This document shows positions 1 through 7,768 of a DNA stretch of 64,000 bases, one piece after another. This DNA is from an uncultured Verrucomicrobiota bacterium (GTDB lineage: Bacteria; Verrucomicrobiota; Kiritimatiellia; CAIQIC01; Lenti-01): assembly GCA_938003985.1 (NCBI GenBank), contig CALKWZ010000031.1, positions 4,173 through 68,172 of the forward strand, read 5' to 3'. Made by a program: the position numbers and the translations under genes. Numbering within the stretch: the stretch's first letter is position 1; each line of letters starts with the position of its first letter. A model generated the notes under the pieces. That model saw only the letters and a list, made by a program, of their open reading frames with translations. It had not been told where the DNA came from and ran no database searches.

Positions 1-2
1 GC

Positions 3-629
3 CGCCGGCCGCCGCCGAACGGCCGGGCCGCGGGTGCGCCGACGCCGGGCGCCTTCCTGCGCGACCGGGCCGTGTGGAGCTTCTTCGTCTTCATCTTCCT
101 GCCGGTGACCGCATGCGGCCTGTTCCTGGGCTTCCTGTTCCCGCTGTTCGCCGAAGAACAGGGCTGCTCGATCAACGAGATCAGCTTGGCGTTCATGCTG
201 TTCGGCGCCGCCAGCGTCTATCTGGGCCCGGCGCTGACCCGGCTGACCACGGCGCTGTTCGGCGCGCGCCGGGCCATGCCCGTCGGCGCGCTGACCATGA
301 CGGCCGCCCTGCTGCTGTTCGCCGCGTTCCAGTCGCTCGGCGCGGCGTACGCCACCATCATCCTCTTCGGCTTGACCGAAAGCCTGGTCTTCAACCAGGG
401 CATGTCCTACTACTCCTCGCTGCCGAGCGTCCGCCGCTTCGGGGCGGACAAGGCCATGGGCGTCTACAACGTTTTCGAGTCCGGCGGCGAAGCGCTGGGC
501 CCGATGGTCTTCGGGTTGGCCGCCAGCCTGAGCCTGGGCCTCGGCATCGCCGCCATCGCCGCCGCGCTCGGCGCCGGCGCCGCGATCTTCTGGGCGCTCG
601 GCCCGCGCAACGGAGGGACCCCGCCGTGA
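3..629 (+). CDS. C-terminal fragment of a polytopic membrane transporter (MFS-like), 5' end outside window
   Basis: Open frame from window start; hydrophobic helices throughout (FVFIFLPVTACGLFLGFLF, LTMTAALLLFAAF, GLAASLSLGLGIAAIAAALGAGAAIFW); GC3-rich codons; stop TGA at 627-629 overlaps next gene start (GTGA). Confidence 0.5.
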   Translation, partial: RRPPPNGRAAGAPTPGAFLRDRAVWSFFVFIFLPVTACGLFLGFLFPLFAEEQGCSINEISLAFMLFGAASVYLGPALTRLTTALFGARRAMPVGALTMTAALLLFAAFQSLGAAYATIILFGLTESLVFNQGMSYYSSLPSVRRFGADKAMGVYNVFESGGEALGPMVFGLAASLSLGLGIAAIAAALGAGAAIFWALGPRNGGTPP

Positions 630-2236
630 AGTGGCTGGCCTGGTATCGCCGGCAGCCCGTCCGGCGCAAGATCTTCATCCCCTTCTTCGCCATCACCCTG
701 CTCTCGTCCACGCTGTTCACGATCTACGGCTTCATCCAGAACGTGAAGGCCATCGAGAACGAGATCGACAAGCGGCTGCTGATCGCCGCGCTGACGATGC
801 CGCAGCTGCTGCCGGCGGACTATTTCGACCGGGTCCAGACCCCGGACAGCATCCCGGAACCGGAACACTGGGCCAACACGCGGCGGCTGGACACGTTCCT
901 GCGCAACGTCGGCGGCACCTACCTCTACGCGCTGAACCGGGTGAGCAACCGCTACTATTTCGTCGCTTCCGCCGCCACGGACACGGTGTACTGGGCGGAA
1001 TACACGAATCCGGCGCCCAACGTCTACGAAGTCCAGAAGACCTGGGAGCCGAACATCTCGACCACGCCCGATCCGGACTACGGCCTGCTGCGGTCCGTCG
1101 TCATGGGCCACAAGGATTCCGCCGGCCGGCGCTTCATCGTCGGCGCGGACATCCACGCCTACGAGGTCGAGGCCCTGAAGCGCCGCGCCTTCCTGAACTT
1201 TTTCATGATGGGCTTCGCCAGCTTCCTGCTGGCCGTCGTGTTCAGCTACGTCGCCAGCACCACCATCACGCAGCCGCTGACCCGCCTGTCGAACTTCACC
1301 CGCCGGCTCGTGGAGGGCGGGTTCTCCGCCGACATCCGCCTCGACGCCGGGCTGTTCCCCGACGGCAACCAAACCAAGGCCGAAACCGCCATCCTCGCCT
1401 ACGACTTCGACCGCATGCAGGCCAACCTGGCCGAGCACATCGATCAGCTCAAGCAAACCCAATCCGCCCGCGAGCGCGCCGAAAGCGAGCTGCGCATCGC
1501 CGGCCAGATCCAGGAAACCTTCCTGCCCGGCCCGTTCGCGCCGGCGGAGCTGGGCGGGCGCGTGCAGCTGCAGGCCGCCATGAAGACCGCCAAGCAGGCC
1601 GGCGGCGACCTGTTCGACTACTTCGCGCTCGACGACGCGCACCTGTTCTTCGCCATCGGCGACGTCTCCGGCAAGGGCATGCCGGCGGCCATGTTCATGT
1701 CGGCCGCCGTCGTGCTGCTGCGCTCCGCCGCCAAGCTCTGGCGCGATCCGGCCGAAATCCTGCGCCGCGTGAACGACGACCTCGCCCTCCGCAACGAAAG
1801 CTGCACGTTCGTGACGCTGTTCGCCGGCATCCTCGACGTCCGCACGGGCGAAGTCGTCTTCGCCAACGGCGGCCACAATCCCCCGCGCCTCCGCAACGCC
1901 GCCGGCGCGGTGGCCGCCGTGCCGACGAAGACCAACATGGTCGTGGGCGCCCTGGAGGGGCAGACCTACGCCCGCGAGACGCTCGCCCTGCGGCCCGGCG
2001 ACGTCCTGGTCCTCTACACGGACGGCGTCACCGAAGCGTTCAACGAGGCCGACCAGCTCTACGGCGAAGACCGCCTGGACCGCCGCCTCGGCGCGCTGCC
2101 GGCGGACGCCACCGCCGCGGAAATTCTCCGGAGCGTCGTCGCCGACGTCGCCGCCTTCGCCGGCGCGCGGGAACAGTCCGACGACATCACGATGCTCGTC
2201 CTGCGCTCGCTCCCGCCGGCGCAAATAACCACTTGA
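626..2236 (+). CDS. Membrane-anchored HAMP-domain sensor with PP2C-type (SpoIIE/RsbU family) serine phosphatase domain
   Basis: GTG start overlapping upstream stop. N-terminal TM helix, periplasmic-like region, second TM (FMMGFASFLLAVVFSYV), HAMP-like linker (TQPLTRLSNFTRRLVEGGF). C-terminal PP2C motifs (AGGDLFDYF, FAIGDVSGKGMPAAMFMS, LVLYTDGVTEA, DDITMLV). Confidence 0.8.
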   Translation: MKWLAWYRRQPVRRKIFIPFFAITLLSSTLFTIYGFIQNVKAIENEIDKRLLIAALTMPQLLPADYFDRVQTPDSIPEPEHWANTRRLDTFLRNVGGTYLYALNRVSNRYYFVASAATDTVYWAEYTNPAPNVYEVQKTWEPNISTTPDPDYGLLRSVVMGHKDSAGRRFIVGADIHAYEVEALKRRAFLNFFMMGFASFLLAVVFSYVASTTITQPLTRLSNFTRRLVEGGFSADIRLDAGLFPDGNQTKAETAILAYDFDRMQANLAEHIDQLKQTQSARERAESELRIAGQIQETFLPGPFAPAELGGRVQLQAAMKTAKQAGGDLFDYFALDDAHLFFAIGDVSGKGMPAAMFMSAAVVLLRSAAKLWRDPAEILRRVNDDLALRNESCTFVTLFAGILDVRTGEVVFANGGHNPPRLRNAAGAVAAVPTKTNMVVGALEGQTYARETLALRPGDVLVLYTDGVTEAFNEADQLYGEDRLDRRLGALPADATAAEILRSVVADVAAFAGAREQSDDITMLVLRSLPPAQITT

Positions 2237-2299
2237 TGGAACTTGAACCGATGCGGCAGGATGACGGACGCAGGCAATCCCCCAGAAAGGCGGACCAAC

Positions 2300-2635
2300 A
2301 TGGAACTCACCGTTGACAAGCAAAACCAGGTCTCGATCGTGGCGGCCAGCGGCAAGCTGGACGCCGCCGGCGCGCCGACGCTCGAGGCGCGCTGCAAGGC
2401 GCTGATCCAGGAAGGCGCGAACCGCCTGCTGCTGGACTTCGCCAAGGTGGAGTACGTCAGCAGCGCCGGCCTGCGCAGCCTGCTCGTGCTCGCCAAGGCG
2501 GTGAAATCCGCCGGCGGCGGCCTCGCGCTGTGCGGCCTGGTCCCCGCCGTGCGCGACGTCATGACGATCTCCGGCTTCGACAACATCCTGCCGCTGGCCG
2601 CGGACCGCGCCGCCGCGCTCGACCTGCTGAAGTAG
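2300..2635 (+). CDS. STAS-domain anti-sigma-factor antagonist (SpoIIAA/RsbV-like)
   Basis: 112 aa; conserved STAS core including phosphorylatable Ser context (EYVSSAGLRSLLVL) and C-terminal ISGFDNILPL; immediately downstream of the PP2C phosphatase. Confidence 0.8.
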   Translation: MELTVDKQNQVSIVAASGKLDAAGAPTLEARCKALIQEGANRLLLDFAKVEYVSSAGLRSLLVLAKAVKSAGGGLALCGLVPAVRDVMTISGFDNILPLAADRAAALDLLK

Positions 2636-2653
2636 GTTCCCCGGATCCGGCCC

Positions 2654-3061
2654 ATGCTCGAATGGTCCATGGCCAACGACTCCGCCGATCTGGCGCGGGT
2701 GCTGGACGAGGTCGACGAACGCCTCGCGCCGCTGCCCGTCTCCCCCAAACGGAAGTACGCGGTCCGGCTCGCCCTGGACGAACTGCTGTCCAACGTCATC
2801 CGCTACGCCTACGACGACGCGGCGCGGCACCGAATCGACCTGAAGCTCGAGACGGGCGCGCCGTTCCACCTGACGATCGCGGACGACGGCAAGCCGTTCG
2901 ACCCCCTCGCCGACGCCCCCCCGCCCGTGCTCGACGGCCCCGTGGAGGACCGCCCCATCGGCGGCCTGGGCCTGCACATCCTGAAAAAGATGGGCCTCCA
3001 GCTCGCCTATCGCCGCGAAGCCGGCCGCAACGTCGTGCGCGTGGATTTCCCGGAGGAATAG
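2654..3061 (+). CDS. GHKL/HATPase_c anti-sigma factor-type serine kinase (RsbW/SpoIIAB-like)
   Basis: 135 aa; N-box-like LDELLSNVIRYAY, G-box-like GGLGLHILKKM; third member of a partner-switching triad with the preceding two genes. Confidence 0.7.
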   Translation: MLEWSMANDSADLARVLDEVDERLAPLPVSPKRKYAVRLALDELLSNVIRYAYDDAARHRIDLKLETGAPFHLTIADDGKPFDPLADAPPPVLDGPVEDRPIGGLGLHILKKMGLQLAYRREAGRNVVRVDFPEE

Positions 3062-3066
3062 CCGCC

Positions 3067-3768
3067 ATGCCGTCCATGCTCTACATGAGCAGCCCCATCA
3101 ACGCCCTGCTGGAGGGTTTCTATCGCGACGACGTCACCATCGCCACGCTGCGGGAAAAGGGCGACTTCGGCATCGGCACGTTCAACAACCTCGACGGCGA
3201 ACTGATCGCGCTCGACGGGCGCTACTTCCAGCTCGATCTCGACGGCAACGCCCGCCCGGTCGGCGACGACCTGAAAACGCCCTTTTCCACCGTGTGCCGG
3301 TTCCAGCCGACGCTGGCCGAGGAAATCTCCGGGCCGCTTTCGTGGGAAGCTTTTTCGGCACAACTTAAGACCATTCTGCCGTCGGACAACATGTTCACGG
3401 CGCTCCACATGCAGGGCCGGTTCCGCTCGGTGCTGACGCGGTCCGTGCCCCGCACCGAAAACTACCGCCCGCTGTCCGAAGCAACGGACCACCAGAAGCT
3501 GCGCCGCTTCGAAAACGCGGAGGGCCATCTGGTCGGCTTCTACACGCCGGGCTTTGTGCCGTCCGTAAACGTACCCGGGTTCCATTTCCACTTCATCGAC
3601 AAGGATTTCTCCGCCGGCGGGCATCTGCTGAACTGCGAGCCGGAACATCTGGACGTCCGGCTGCAGGTGTTTTTCAGCATGGAACTCACCCTGCCCAAGA
3701 CCCTCGACTACCTGACCGCCTCCTTCACGCGCGACGCGAAGAAGGATCTCGAAAAGGCGGAGCGGTAA
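3067..3768 (+). CDS. alsD: Alpha-acetolactate decarboxylase
   Basis: Strong family motifs: SPINALLEGFY, GDFGIGTFNNLDGELIALDG, HLVGFYTPGF, GFHFHFID, GGHLLNC; length 233 aa typical of AlsD/BudA. Confidence 0.8.
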   Translation: MPSMLYMSSPINALLEGFYRDDVTIATLREKGDFGIGTFNNLDGELIALDGRYFQLDLDGNARPVGDDLKTPFSTVCRFQPTLAEEISGPLSWEAFSAQLKTILPSDNMFTALHMQGRFRSVLTRSVPRTENYRPLSEATDHQKLRRFENAEGHLVGFYTPGFVPSVNVPGFHFHFIDKDFSAGGHLLNCEPEHLDVRLQVFFSMELTLPKTLDYLTASFTRDAKKDLEKAER

Positions 3769-3778
3769 AACGGCTTCT

Positions 3779-3799
3779 GGATTCCCGGATTTGGAATCC
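3779..3799. terminator. Putative bidirectional terminator hairpin between convergent genes
   Basis: GGATTCC-cggattt-GGAATCC inverted repeat (7-bp stem, 7-nt loop) in a locally AT-richer spacer between the alsD stop (3768) and the ABC gene stop (3834); followed by three AATCCTGT direct repeats. Confidence 0.35.
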
Positions 3800-3833
3800 T
3801 GTCCAATCCTGTTAATCCTGTCTAAGTGTCTTT

Positions 3834-6758
3834 TTAGGTCTTCGGCCGGCGCGCCGCGAGAACGACGGCCAGAGCCGCGTTCATGAGCCAGAGCGCTCCC
3901 AGATCGAAGCCATAGGTCCGGAACGTCCTTGTCCCGAGCCGTTTTTCCCCGGCCATGAACGGCGCGCGGCCCCACGGCGAATCGGCGGACTGATAGACGG
4001 GATCCGCCAGCCGGACGAGGCGTCCGCCCTGTTCGCGCAATGGATCCTTCAGGCCTTTGCGGCGGACTAGTTCAACGAGCTTCCGGTTGGTATTCGCTTT
4101 CACGAAGGCCGCCAGGCCTTCTTCCCCGCGGTCGGCGAGCAACGCTTCCTGGATCGCGTCGCGGCGGGCTTGCGCCGCTTGGCGCGCGGCCTGCAACTCG
4201 CGCGCTCCCTCGCGCAAGGTGGATTTCAGCGACTCCAGCGCCGCGCGATCCGGCGGCTGCCAATCCGCGACTACGGCCGCGGCGCCAGCCAGGCGCGGCA
4301 TTTCGCTTTCCAGCGCGCGGAATTCGCGGACCAGCAGCGCGCGGATTTCCTCGCGGCGCTCCGGCGCTGCGAGCACCAGCGCATCCAGCCGGCCGAGCAA
4401 CGCAGGCACGTGGTCGTTCACGCGATAATCCAGTCCGGACAATTCTCGGTCGGCCGCCTCGAAATGCCGCTGGTAGGCGTTGGCCCGGTATTGTTCGACC
4501 GCCAGCGCCTCGAAGGCCCAGCGCGAAGCCGTCAGTTCGCCGAACCACGGCGGACAGGCATGCGGCGCGGCGCGCGAGCGCAAATCGTCGAAGTCCACGA
4601 TGAGCCCGCCCAGCAGCATCTGGGGCAGCAGCAGCAACGGCAGGAGGACGTAGACCGTGACGGCGGATTTGAACCGCGCCGAGACGTTCAGGCCCAGAAT
4701 GCCGCCGAAGACCGCCGCCGAGAAAAGCGCGAGCCACAACTTGCCGAAGAAATCCGGCACGCGCAGGCCGACGACGCCGATCGCGGCGCAAATCGCGGTC
4801 TGCAGCAAGGCCAGCCCGGCGACGTGCAGGATCTTCGCGCCGGAATAGGCGCTCCAGCTCAGGTGCAGGAACTGCTCGCGCCGCAGCACGCGGCGGTCGC
4901 GCACGATTTCCTCGGCGCTGACGCTCAGTCCCAGGAAAATCGCCACGATCACGGCCATGAAGAAATAGACGGCCAGATACGGATTGCCGCCGAGGACGTA
5001 GGCCCCGCCGGTCGCGCCGCGGCACAGCCAGACCGTGAGGCCGGCGAGCAGCGGCGGCTCCAGCAGGTTCACCCACACGTAGGCCCGGCTGGCGAGACGC
5101 GCGCGCGCCGTGCGCGACAGGAAAACGCGAAGCTGCCCGAGCCAGCCGGGACGGTTCAGGTGGCGCGGCGGCGGTTCGTTGGCCGGAGCGCCGGCCGCAG
5201 CCGGAGCCGGAGCGCTCTTGCGCCAGGCCTCGTGCCAGAATTCCGGCGGGAACTGCCGCGCGCGGGTGAACCGGCCGTCGGCATCGGTCGCCTTGGACTC
5301 GATGAGCGCGAAAATCTGCTCGGGATGGACGTTTCCGCATTCGGGACAGGCGCCGCGTTCGCCGCCGGCCAGATGCGCGGCTTCGCGGAAATGCCGCGCG
5401 GCTTCCAGCGGATGCCCCATGTAGACGGGTACCCCGCCCTTGTCCAGGATCCACAGCGCGTCGAACTGCCGGAACAGGTTGGACGACGGCTGGTGCACGA
5501 TGGCGATCACGAGCCGCCCGCGCGCGGCCTGCGCCTTGAGCAGGCCCATCACGACGTCGGAATCGGCGGAGGACAGGCCCGACGTGGGCTCGTCCACGAA
5601 CAGGACGGATGGTTCGCGGATCAATTCCAGCGCGATGTTCAGCCGTTTGCGCTGGCCGCCGCTGATGGTTTTCGACAGCGGGTCGCCCACCTTCAGGTCG
5701 GCGATTTCCTCCTGCTGGAGTTCGGCCAGCATCCGGCGGACGCGCTCGCCGCGTTCGGCGACCGACAGTCCGGCCAGGCACAGCCGGGCGTTGTAGTCGA
5801 GGTTCTCCCGGACGGTCAGGTCCTCGAACAGCAGGTCGTCCTGCGGCACGGTGCCGACGACGCCTTCGAGCGCGGCGGGATTCCGGTGCAGGTCGATGCC
5901 GTTGAGGAGCACGCGGCCCGACTGGGGTTTCAGGCTGCCGTTGAGCAATTGGACCAGCGTGGATTTGCCCACGCCGCTGCCGCCCATCACGGCGACGAGC
6001 CGCCCGCCGGTCTCGCGGAAGGAGAAGTCGCGGATGCCGTTTTCGCCGCCCGGGAACCGGTATTCAAGGGCTTCGGCTTCGAAGCGGATCGGCGCGAAGG
6101 CCGCGGCGCCGCCGAACAGCCGTTCGATTTCGCACCGGTAGACCGCCTGGCCGCCCCCGTCGCGGAGGATCGCGCCGGGTTCGAGCGGATAGAACCGCCC
6201 CGCCGCCGTCGGATTGTCGTCGACGGACACCTCTCCCCGCAGCGCGCGCACGAAAAACCGCCCGGTCCATGGACTGTGGAGCACGGCGATTTCCGCGCGC
6301 CAGCCGGCGCGGCCGAAGCGGCGGCACAGGCCGTCGTCGGCCAAATCGGATCCGGCGGCCATGAAGCGCCGCCACGCCGTCCATTCGGATTCCGGCACGT
6401 GGAAGGTTTCCGCCGCGCGGGCCAGCAGGCGGTCGGCCCGTTCGCCGGCATCCGGCAACGCCTGGCGAATCTGCAGCGAATGCAACAGGAACGACTGCTT
6501 TTCGTCCGGCGACAGGACCGGCGCCAGCCGTTCGCAAACGCCGGCCAGCGCGGTTTCGGGCGCGGCAGAGTCGGCTTGGCCCGCGTAGAGGTCCAGCAGA
6601 TCGCCAAAAATGCCGAAGCTGGGATCCGTGCGGCGCAAGCCCAGCGTACCGACGAGATACTCCTCCGCGCGGCGGACGGCTTCGCCCTTCCGGTCTCCCG
6701 TCCGTGCGCAAAACACAGCGAAGAGGTGGACGATGCCGTTCAGCGCATGCTCATGCAT
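3834..6758 (-). CDS. Fused ABC transporter (N-terminal unknown domain, nucleotide-binding domain, ABC-2 type permease, long C-terminal extension)
   Basis: 974 aa; Walker A GGSGVGKST, Q-loop, signature ISGGQRKRL, Walker B VLFVDEPTSGL, H-loop VHQPS; followed by six hydrophobic ABC-2 helices, a roughly 230-aa hydrophilic coiled-coil-like tail and a final TM. Confidence 0.8.
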   Translation of the reverse strand: MHEHALNGIVHLFAVFCARTGDRKGEAVRRAEEYLVGTLGLRRTDPSFGIFGDLLDLYAGQADSAAPETALAGVCERLAPVLSPDEKQSFLLHSLQIRQALPDAGERADRLLARAAETFHVPESEWTAWRRFMAAGSDLADDGLCRRFGRAGWRAEIAVLHSPWTGRFFVRALRGEVSVDDNPTAAGRFYPLEPGAILRDGGGQAVYRCEIERLFGGAAAFAPIRFEAEALEYRFPGGENGIRDFSFRETGGRLVAVMGGSGVGKSTLVQLLNGSLKPQSGRVLLNGIDLHRNPAALEGVVGTVPQDDLLFEDLTVRENLDYNARLCLAGLSVAERGERVRRMLAELQQEEIADLKVGDPLSKTISGGQRKRLNIALELIREPSVLFVDEPTSGLSSADSDVVMGLLKAQAARGRLVIAIVHQPSSNLFRQFDALWILDKGGVPVYMGHPLEAARHFREAAHLAGGERGACPECGNVHPEQIFALIESKATDADGRFTRARQFPPEFWHEAWRKSAPAPAAAGAPANEPPPRHLNRPGWLGQLRVFLSRTARARLASRAYVWVNLLEPPLLAGLTVWLCRGATGGAYVLGGNPYLAVYFFMAVIVAIFLGLSVSAEEIVRDRRVLRREQFLHLSWSAYSGAKILHVAGLALLQTAICAAIGVVGLRVPDFFGKLWLALFSAAVFGGILGLNVSARFKSAVTVYVLLPLLLLPQMLLGGLIVDFDDLRSRAAPHACPPWFGELTASRWAFEALAVEQYRANAYQRHFEAADRELSGLDYRVNDHVPALLGRLDALVLAAPERREEIRALLVREFRALESEMPRLAGAAAVVADWQPPDRAALESLKSTLREGARELQAARQAAQARRDAIQEALLADRGEEGLAAFVKANTNRKLVELVRRKGLKDPLREQGGRLVRLADPVYQSADSPWGRAPFMAGEKRLGTRTFRTYGFDLGALWLMNAALAVVLAARRPKT

Positions 6759-6779
6759 GGAGCGGAATCCGGTCCGGCG

Positions 6780-7601
6780 TCAGCGGACGAACTTGTCGCG
6801 CGCCTTGACGATGGCGGGCCGCAGCGCATCCAGTTGCGCCGGCGCGATCTCGGGCTTGTCGCCCAGGATGACGAAGACGGAGGCCAGGAAATTCATCCGG
6901 TCGTGCGCTTCGACCCAGCCGGCGAATTCCGGGCTGCCGCCCATGCGGTCCAGCAGCCGGTTGTAGGCCTGGAACGAATCGCGCAAATAGGCGACGTAGG
7001 CCATGGAGGCCGGATCGTAGTTGGACAGATAGCACAATTCCGCGGTCAGATAGAGGCCTTCGAGCAGGAAGCCGTAGAGGTTGTCCGCCGCGAATTCCAC
7101 GCCGTCGCTGTTTTGCAGCCGATCCTGCCAAAGCTTGCTCTGCTGCTGCTCCTGGACCAGGTTCCGCAGCCGCTCGTCGCCGCCGGGTTCGTCGATTTGG
7201 TCGAGCGCCTCCCGGTAGCGGCGTTCCAGTTCGGGCTGGGGATAGCCCACCAGTTCGAGCAATTGGCAGACGGCCTGCCCGTAGCGGGCGGCATCCGCCT
7301 GCCGGCCGAAGGTGGAGGCATAGGTCAGATCCATCAGGTACGTGCCGGTCATGATCCGCCGCCGCACCACGCCCTGGTAGCGGTCGATATCGACGGGCGC
7401 AACGAGTTCCGGGACGTAGGCCGCGCCGATCTCGCGCAGGGCCGCCATCACTTCGCCCATCTGCGGGGTTTCCTTCTCGATGGCCGCCAGATCGCTTTGC
7501 AGCGCCTGGCGCAATTCGTCGGAAATCTCCGCCGCCGATGCGGCCGCGACCGCGCCCAGCACCACCCACCCCAGCACCCATCCGATCGCTTTCGTCTTCA
7601 T
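6780..7601 (-). CDS. Secreted or periplasmic hypothetical protein, likely co-transcribed with the fused ABC transporter
   Basis: 273 aa, N-terminal signal peptide (MKTKAIGWVLGWVVLGAVAAASAAE); GC3-rich; stop 22 bp upstream of the ABC gene start on the same strand. Confidence 0.55.
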   Translation of the reverse strand: MKTKAIGWVLGWVVLGAVAAASAAEISDELRQALQSDLAAIEKETPQMGEVMAALREIGAAYVPELVAPVDIDRYQGVVRRRIMTGTYLMDLTYASTFGRQADAARYGQAVCQLLELVGYPQPELERRYREALDQIDEPGGDERLRNLVQEQQQSKLWQDRLQNSDGVEFAADNLYGFLLEGLYLTAELCYLSNYDPASMAYVAYLRDSFQAYNRLLDRMGGSPEFAGWVEAHDRMNFLASVFVILGDKPEIAPAQLDALRPAIVKARDKFVR

Positions 7602-7658
7602 GCGGCACCTTTCCCGGGGGCCCCGGTCCGGGCCCCACCTTGGGCCAAATGCTGGACC

Positions 7659-7668
7659 TTTCGCGAAA
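7659..7668. promoter_or_regulatory. Perfect 10-bp palindrome TTTCGCGAAA in divergent intergenic region (possible operator)
   Basis: Located in the 167-bp spacer between divergently transcribed genes (minus-strand gene starting at 7601, plus-strand gene starting at 7769). Confidence 0.25.
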
Positions 7669-7768
7669 TCGCGTCAATGCTTTCGTGTTTTCTTCCACCG
7701 GCATCGGCCGCGGGGTATGATGGACGCCAGTTTGGGCCCCGCCCACCGCAAGACGCCGACCGAAACCT

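Noticed and set aside
464..2977. 837-aa minus-strand ORF
   Set aside because: Antisense to the HAMP-PP2C, STAS and RsbW-like genes; no motifs; Arg/Gly/Ala-rich.
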